From: Pocillopora damicornis
Lineage: Eukaryota
Length of the DNA stretch: 64,000 nucleotides
NCBI RefSeq assembly: GCF_003704095.1
Contig: NW_020845673.1
Location: 124,001 to 188,000 of the forward strand
Direction of reading: 5' to 3'
This document shows positions 55,301-61,300 of the stretch, piece by piece (within the stretch, counting starts at the first letter, position 1; every line of letters starts with the position of its first letter). A program made the position numbers and the translations under genes. The notes beneath the pieces were generated by a model that was given only the letters and a program-made list of their open reading frames with translations, was not told the origin of the DNA and searched no databases.

Positions 55301-58300
55301 CGTTATACGTTATCTGGTATTCGTTATGTATTACTGAAAACGGGTGAAATAGCTCACTGTGTCTATAATAAGAAGACATAACCAATGTCAGACTTACTTA
55401 CCTCGTATGCTTCGTGGTTACTTTCACGCAGAGATTCCGTGGAAACTATGATATTTACCATACTGTTGCCCAGAGAGTATCACCTTTCATTAGAGCCCGG
55501 TATATAAGGATTCATCCCAAGACTTGGAGGTCATATATTGCCATGAGAGTGGAGTTGTATGGGTGCCGATATAAAGGTAAACATTTGAACACTGCAAACA
55601 CGATTGCTTATGTCTCATCTGGCAAATCAGCAAAAGATACTTTTGTTGACATCCTATTTATTGTAAGAAAACAAAAGCGACTTAATGTTGGAGATGATTC
55701 TAAGACTTAAGATGATTTCTGCTGGTGAAGGTATGAGTTGAATTTGAGGGAGAGAAGAAAAGTAATTAATATAACTCTGAGTAGTTAAACTGTAGGGCTG
55801 CGAAAAGCATGAAGCGATTGAGGTTTTTTTCCTGCTCTAAATCAAGGCTAAGGGAATTCGTCATCTTCTTGACATCTACTTTAACCCTTCAAAATAAGGA
55901 GAAAATGTTTATACATCTCTTTGTTTGTTTCTTTTCGGTTTGCCAGAATATGTATGCGACAGACCTCTAGGTATGCAAAGTGGCCGAATCAAAAATGCAG
56001 CCATCACAGCCTCATCTCAGTGGGACAAAAATCATGCTTCTTGGCTTGCCAGACTTGGGAACATGCGCCGTGGCAGACTGATGGGTGCCTGGTCTGCTAA
56101 GAAGAACAACTACAATCAGTGGATTCAAGTTGATCTGCACAGGTCCATGAAGGTCACTGGTTTGGCTACACAAGGCAGATATGAAGCTGCACAATGGGTG
56201 ACAGCGTTTTACGTTCTCTACAGCGCGGACGGAGTGAAGTTTGCTAAGGTTAAGAATTGGTGGGATGTGGTGAAGGTGAGCGTTAGTTTAAACTATCGTG
56301 TTATTTGTGTTTATTTTTGTGTGTTGGAAAAAGCTTTGGAATTGAAACGAATTCCCCATAAAGTATGCAAGGAAACAATGGACCCCTATGTGAGTTTAGG
56401 TGGAAGGTTAGAACCTTTACGCGACCAATTGCGAAAGTCACGGGGCAAACAATCTCTTTTGTGCGTCATCGCTGTTTCCTCTGTGTCCCAGGATTTTGGG
56501 GTACACAATATATGCACTAAAAGATCTAGTCCAGGCAAAACAATTACGGAGGGTTGGTTTCAAAAGCTTCAGGTGATTTTGTGCCGGAAGTGTGGGACAG
56601 AAATGTAGGCGTGTGATTTTTCAGACTCAAGGTAAAGGTTAGGTGGGTGGCTCATTAACACAGGCATAAGACGCGAGCGGCGACCAAAAGTACAGAGCCT
56701 CACGTCTGAAGCGCTTTGATGCCGAATAAAAAATCGGACATGCCTTGTTTTAGCCTTCTAAACTAAACGTCACATACAAAAGGTTACAGAGAAAAGAACT
56801 CCCAACTTTCGGTCATTGTCCATACATCTAACACTGACGTGTGTGCTTTAACTCCCTCTTGGTCATTAGAAAATCCACAGATGAAACTTCTTTTTTTCGT
56901 CTCGAAATCTACGTGAAGGTACCACTCTATGTCGTTGTAAGGAAAGATGCTCTTATTAATTGATTCCGTGAAAATAATTTTTTTTCATAGACTTTCCCTG
57001 CCAATGTGGACAGATATTCCATACGCAACAATCCTCTGCCGTACCCCATCTATGGACGTTTTGTTCGACTGCAAATGCGCGGCTGGCGATCACACATTTC
57101 AATGAGGCTTGAGTTGTACGGTTGTCCATGGAGTAAGTCTGTTTGCCATGTAGTTTTTGGAAAAACTCTAATCTCTTGTAAATGTTAGATGCTACTCTCT
57201 CCTGTAAATGTTTCGAAAAAGGAATGTGATAAGCAATGATTGGATGAGATTGAGCATGTTATCATGAACTATCAAAACCGGGGTCCAAGTTATCTTCCAA
57301 AGCCGAGGGCTGAGGCAGATAACACAGATACGAGGTGTGATAATTCATGATATCATGCGAAAACCGAATTTAATGATTAGTTAGTAAAGTAAGTCTAATG
57401 CATGATAGTATATTTCATGACAACCGTGTGATAGTGTCTTTCTATAGAGAACTTAGTATGCGTTATGTCTAAATTAAGTTTCTAGAAAAAATAACAGAAC
57501 GCTATATATGCAACTGCCATACTTGACCGTCAACCTTCAGTTATTTTCTATACCAATACGGCCTGCCAAAACTATCTTCAATCCGTGGGGTATCTTCCAA
57601 ATTTCCACTGAATTCGCGTTAACTTCAGATTTTTTCATACACAGATTGTTACTTCTTTTGATTTACTGCTAACACTCTGAATTAACTATATGTTAATCCT
57701 TTTTTTCTTCTTCAGACCGTTGTGATGTACCACTCGGCGTTGAAGATGGTCGCTTCCCCGACCAGCTCATCACTGCTTCCTCATTTTACAACTACTACTG
57801 TGCACCAAGAAACGCCAGGCTCCACCAGAGACGAGTCGGAAGATTTGGAGGAGCTTGGTGCGCAAAAAGAAGCGATAGACGACAGTTCCTTCAGTTCGAC
57901 TTTGGAGGACTTACTCGAGTAACCCGTGTTTCTACCCAAGGTCGTCAAAATTCAGATCAATGGGTCACAAGTTACTATATAACTTTTGGCCGAGATGGTC
58001 AACATTATACACCTTATAGAGAAGGACGCCGTACTAAGGTACACTAGTTTGAATCCTGTATAAAAAGGCATTTTGTTTCGGACTTAAAACCGCCTTAGCT
58101 ATACATTAAAGGTACGACAGAATAAGCAGTGTGCCTGAAGCGCGGGAAAACGCCGCTTGCTAAATGTCAGTTAGTTCTAGATTCGCTTCTGATTGGTTAG
58201 GAGGGTGGCGAAAATTTTTTTTAGACTAATCGCAAAGCAGAGTAATGTAAAGCCAATGCAAACCCGGCATACACCTGATACTTGCTCCTAAATCGCTCAT

Positions 58301-61300
58301 GATATGCAAAATAGTAAGTTTACTTATTGGTGAGAAGCCATTTTCCAAAAGCCTTAGTGACGGTGGCAAATTTGTTTCTCCCCCTGTATAGATATTCGCT
58401 GGCAATTATGACCGATACATGGTTGTCACCAATCGATTCCTGAGGCCACTGTCTGGAAGGTACTTTAGGATTCATCCAGTTACTTGGCGAAGCTGGATTT
58501 CAATGAGAGTGGAATTTTATGGCTGTATTATTGGTAGGTATAAAATAATTATAAATATCTTATAACAAAGATGCTCTGAGAGGAATATATTTTCTGCTTG
58601 AGTTTTCTGATACTTTAATTTTCTTATTTAGTTTTTGCGGTTTTTCTAGGCCTACGTTTTGGAGTTTTTTTTTCTCTCCAGTGTGGTTTAGCCTGCAAAA
58701 ATGCAAATTCAATAGGGGAAAGATAAGACGTTTATATCAACAAAGAGATGAATGAATAAAGAAATTGTATTATACATTTAGTGTTTGTTAAAATGAGAAA
58801 AAAGTTAGAAGAAACTCTTCAAGGTCAAGGAATGAGTGAATTTCGTTGGAATCTGGAAAAACTAAATTTCAGTGGAATACTCGTAGGAAAATGTGAGATT
58901 CGAACTTTTTAAAACATCCATTTCTCTCGGTTTCATTACATTGCTTTCTGTCGCGCTCAAAATTTCTTTCCGCGATTCGTGGAAATTTTGGTCTGTTGTA
59001 AGGGGGGTGCGGAGGGGGGGCTGAACGTTACCACAGTATGTTATATTTTGTCTTTATCTGATTAAGGGCGTTTTTATTTATACCAAGGAAAAGTCAGGAA
59101 AAGAGTAAGAAAACATTTGAAAACAGATGTGTGTATTTGTTTCCTTATTATAATGTAGCAGTCTCCTCATGCCTGAAATTTTCCTCGGTTAGGTCCAAGA
59201 TGCGACAAACCACTCGGTATGCAAAATGGCCGCATTCGGCAAACCCAACTATCAGCCTCTTCGAGCTGGGATGTTAATCATGGTCCTCGCAATGCCCGAC
59301 TAAACTTCCGCCGAACAGGTTCCCGTATGGGAGCCTGGTGTGCCAGGCACAACACCCGCTACCAGTGGCTTGCGGTAGACTTTTATCGAGCCATGCGCGT
59401 GGCGAAGATATCTACGCAAGGTAGACAGGATGCCGCACAGTGGGTCACGCAATACTTTGTAGAGTACAGCCAAGATGGTTCCACGTTCACTGACTACAAG
59501 GAAAATAGCAACCGAAAGGTAATAAACAGATCAGGTTTTATGAAATGTTGTAGGTATCCGTGTGTCTCGGATTAGCTCTGTTGCAGGTGCTGCAAATTGG
59601 AAATGAAGTCTGTGCCTTGTTTTATAGCTGCTAACTAACCCAACCAATCCTCCCATCCAAGAATAAAAAGACTCTCGAGGAAATGAGTCGCCTCATCAAT
59701 TGAGACAAGTTCACCCCGGCCTTTCCCCGTTCGCCCCCAAGTCTTCAACTCGACTCCTTTCGTCAGAGCGATACATAAGTGTGTCGGATTCTTCAGGGAC
59801 AGGTTCTGCCTTAAGGAAACGAGTCAAAAGATTCGGGGAGACCTTGTCGAGATGGAGGCGAACTAGTGTGGTCGAATTTGATACTGTGATATCTTTGATG
59901 AGAATTTTAAAGTTAATGGATTTCTTTTGATTAAACATGCATTGATTTTAGTCAGCCCTTTCCTTATAATTGCAAAATTCTTAACATAAATGCAAAGTTT
60001 TGACTGGTATTGTTACTTTCACAGTACTTTACAGGAAACAGGGATCAAAACAGTGTTGTGCAATATAGTCTGTTTCCACCAATCAAAGCTCGGTTTGTGC
60101 GCATTCGTCCGTGGGGCTGGTACAGACATATTTCTATGAGAGTGGAGTTCTTTGGATGCCCAGAAGGTACATTTGCTTAGACAAGAGAGCTCTGAAAATA
60201 ACTGTCGTAGTCCAAATATCTCTAAGTGATGAGCGCTTTTTACCCAAACGTGCTAAAAGATCAGTTAAATAGTGGCCTATTCAGAAGATTGATTTATCGT
60301 GAATTTTTTGCTCTGACAGAGGGCTGACGCTTAAACAACAACTTTTTAAAGTCCGGTACTTCTGTTTATCTACATGGGACGAATACGTAAATTCTACGCG
60401 ATTAGTACCTTGTTACTTCACTGGCCACCAACATGACACAACTTTTCTCAATTCTTAGAAGACAAGGTTATTATTCGTTTATAATTTTGCTCCAATATTT
60501 ATTAATTTAAAAAATCAGACTTCCATATAGATTAGTTTCTTTAAAGTTCTTTCTTGCAATATAATTTTTTTCTACTTTATTCGACAACTTGGACTGGTAA
60601 CGTTATTGAATTTGAGCCTTCAAAAAAAAAATCTGCTTGCCAGAAGGTTTCTCATTTGGATCATATTTTCCTTCCCCTGAATCCTAGACCCGTGTGGTGT
60701 TCCTCTTGGTTTGGAAGACAAGAGAATCCCAAATGGCCAGTTTTCTGCTTCATCATATTACAACCATCACCTTGCACCGTGGCATGGAAAACTTAATCAC
60801 CGCTGGTCATGGAGTGTTCGATATCGTAACAACAAACAGTGGCTTCAGGTTAATATGGTGGAAATCTACCGTGTGAGAGGCATTGGATCCCAAGGCCGAC
60901 AGGATGCAAACCAATGGGTGAAGACTTACACTGTGTCGTATGGAATGAATGGAGTGGATTTCACTCAGTATAAGGAGAATAGAAGAGTGAAGGTAACCGA
61001 TGACCAATTTTTTTACTTTATATTGGCTTTAAGGGAATGAGAGAGAGTAACTCTGATAGTAGGCCTCTTTCAAATACTCGTGATGATATACTTTTAGAAA
61101 TTTTATCAGTGAACAAATAATTGGCTCTTTTCACTTTATAACTATTTTCCACAAAAAATTGACAATGATGACTCCCGATACGCGTCGATTTTTTTTTTAT
61201 CAAATCAAAACCCACTTAACTACGCTTACAGAGATCTCCAGGAATATTTGAAAGGGTTAAGAGGTCTATGGTCATGTTAGTTTTCGAGATGGTTGCAATG

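Noticed and set aside
59700-59938. Overlapping 75-76 aa ORFs on both strands in the H5 intron
   Set aside because: No recognisable motif or splice context; likely chance or TE debris
12428-60166. Super-repeat as an assembly artefact
   Set aside because: Units differ in many codons and have unrelated introns and insertions, so they are real, old duplications
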